Assembly: GCA_964550225.1 (NCBI GenBank)
Contig: CAZJXT010000002.1
Coordinates: 1 to 32,365 of the forward strand
Direction of reading: 5' to 3'
DNA: 32,365 nucleotides
Origin: an uncultured Candidatus Saccharibacteria bacterium
GTDB taxonomy: Bacteria; Patescibacteriota; Minisyncoccia; Phycocordibacterales; UBA1006
In this document: positions 32,184 to 32,365 of the stretch, one piece after another
Layout of the letters: every line of letters begins with the position of its first letter
How positions within the stretch are numbered: the stretch's first letter is position 1
The notes under the pieces: model-generated
What the model saw: only the letters and a program-made list of their open reading frames with translations
Databases searched by the model: none
Told to the model about the DNA's origin: nothing
Made by a program: the position numbers and the translations under genes

Positions 32184-32365
32184 TTACACATTTTTCAAGA
32201 AACGGAGCCTGTGAATACTCGTTATTCCTTCTTTGTAAATTGCTCGGTAATGCTCAGCCGTTCCATACCCTTTATGTTTTCCAAACCCATAGTGTGGAAA
32301 TTGTTTATCGTATTTTTTAATCACACGATCACGAAAAAACTTGGCGAGAATCGAAGCGCATGAAA
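32184..32365 (-). CDS. rnhB: Ribonuclease HII, C-terminal 59 codons (5' part lies beyond the window end)
   Basis: Minus-strand translation is SCASILAKFFRDRVIKKYDKQFPHYGFGKHKGYGTAEHYRAIYKEGITSIHRLRFLKNV*. It matches the RNase HII C-terminal motifs (ASI.AK..RD, G.KHKGYGT..H, HR.SF-like). The plus-strand ORF 32163-32363 is its antisense. Confidence 0.85.
   Translation of the reverse strand, partial: SCASILAKFFRDRVIKKYDKQFPHYGFGKHKGYGTAEHYRAIYKEGITSIHRLRFLKNV

Noticed and set aside
32163-32363. 66-aa plus-strand ORF at the window end
   Set aside because: The opposite strand encodes a recognisable RNase HII C-terminus in frame to the window edge.
1-32365. Alternative genetic code (UGA as Trp or Gly, as in some reduced or CPR lineages)
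   Set aside because: All conserved genes (rpoB, rpoC, dnaG, rnr, smc and others) are full-length and uninterrupted under the standard code. UGA is therefore not a frequent sense codon. Only its absence as a stop codon is reported.
1-32365. CRISPR arrays, transposases, integrases, prophage or defence islands
   Set aside because: I found no regularly spaced direct repeats, no terminal inverted repeats, and no recombinase-like or nuclease-NTPase defence-like ORFs. The only repeats are two short in-frame coding repeats (rpoD and the Nudix-like gene). The tRNA-Thr has no adjacent integrase.

Overview
AT-rich, very gene-dense bacterial chromosome segment with about 25 of 31 genes on the minus strand. 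It starts at the 5' end of a 16S rRNA gene (1-51, minus) with its leader and promoters. Core housekeeping genes follow: tgt, an EEP-fold hydrolase, mreB-mreC, proS, rpsB-tsf, tRNA-Thr(UGU), a processive GT2 glycosyltransferase with a membrane thioredoxin-like partner, and a contiguous rpoB-rpoC-dnaG-rpoD block. Then come rpsP, a KH-protein gene, trmD, rnr, a VanY-type peptidase, an unusually short SMC-like ATPase, rnc, two adjacent Nudix-type genes (one fused to NusB), rpmF, and the 3' end of rnhB. Six or seven orphan hypothetical genes are interspersed, and most have their own promoter and terminator. I saw no CRISPR array, transposase, integrase, prophage or long repeat. Several proteins are reduced: ProRS lacks the INS domain, EF-Ts is 150 aa, SMC is 738 aa, RpoB is 1075 aa. 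rimM, rplS and rplJL are missing from their usual slots. Together these suggest a streamlined, possibly CPR/Patescibacteria-like genome, but that is inference only. The most notable observations are: (1) a NusB-Nudix fusion next to a second Nudix-like gene with a split Nudix box, beside rnc and rnhB, with a strong boxA-like element just upstream of nusB; (2) a uniform promoter grammar (TTGACA-N16/17-TGn-TAnnAT) that places many start codons 6-11 nt after the -10 box, which implies leaderless mRNAs, and no Shine-Dalgarno motif anywhere; (3) zero TGA stop codons in 31 genes; (4) a mini-SMC; (5) rpoBC fused into one unit with dnaG-rpoD, and a lysine-rich repeat N-terminus on sigma-70; (6) an unannotated 36-codon leaderless membrane ORF behind a perfect consensus promoter; (7) a structured rpsB leader. 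All family calls come from motif recognition by eye. No database search was run.
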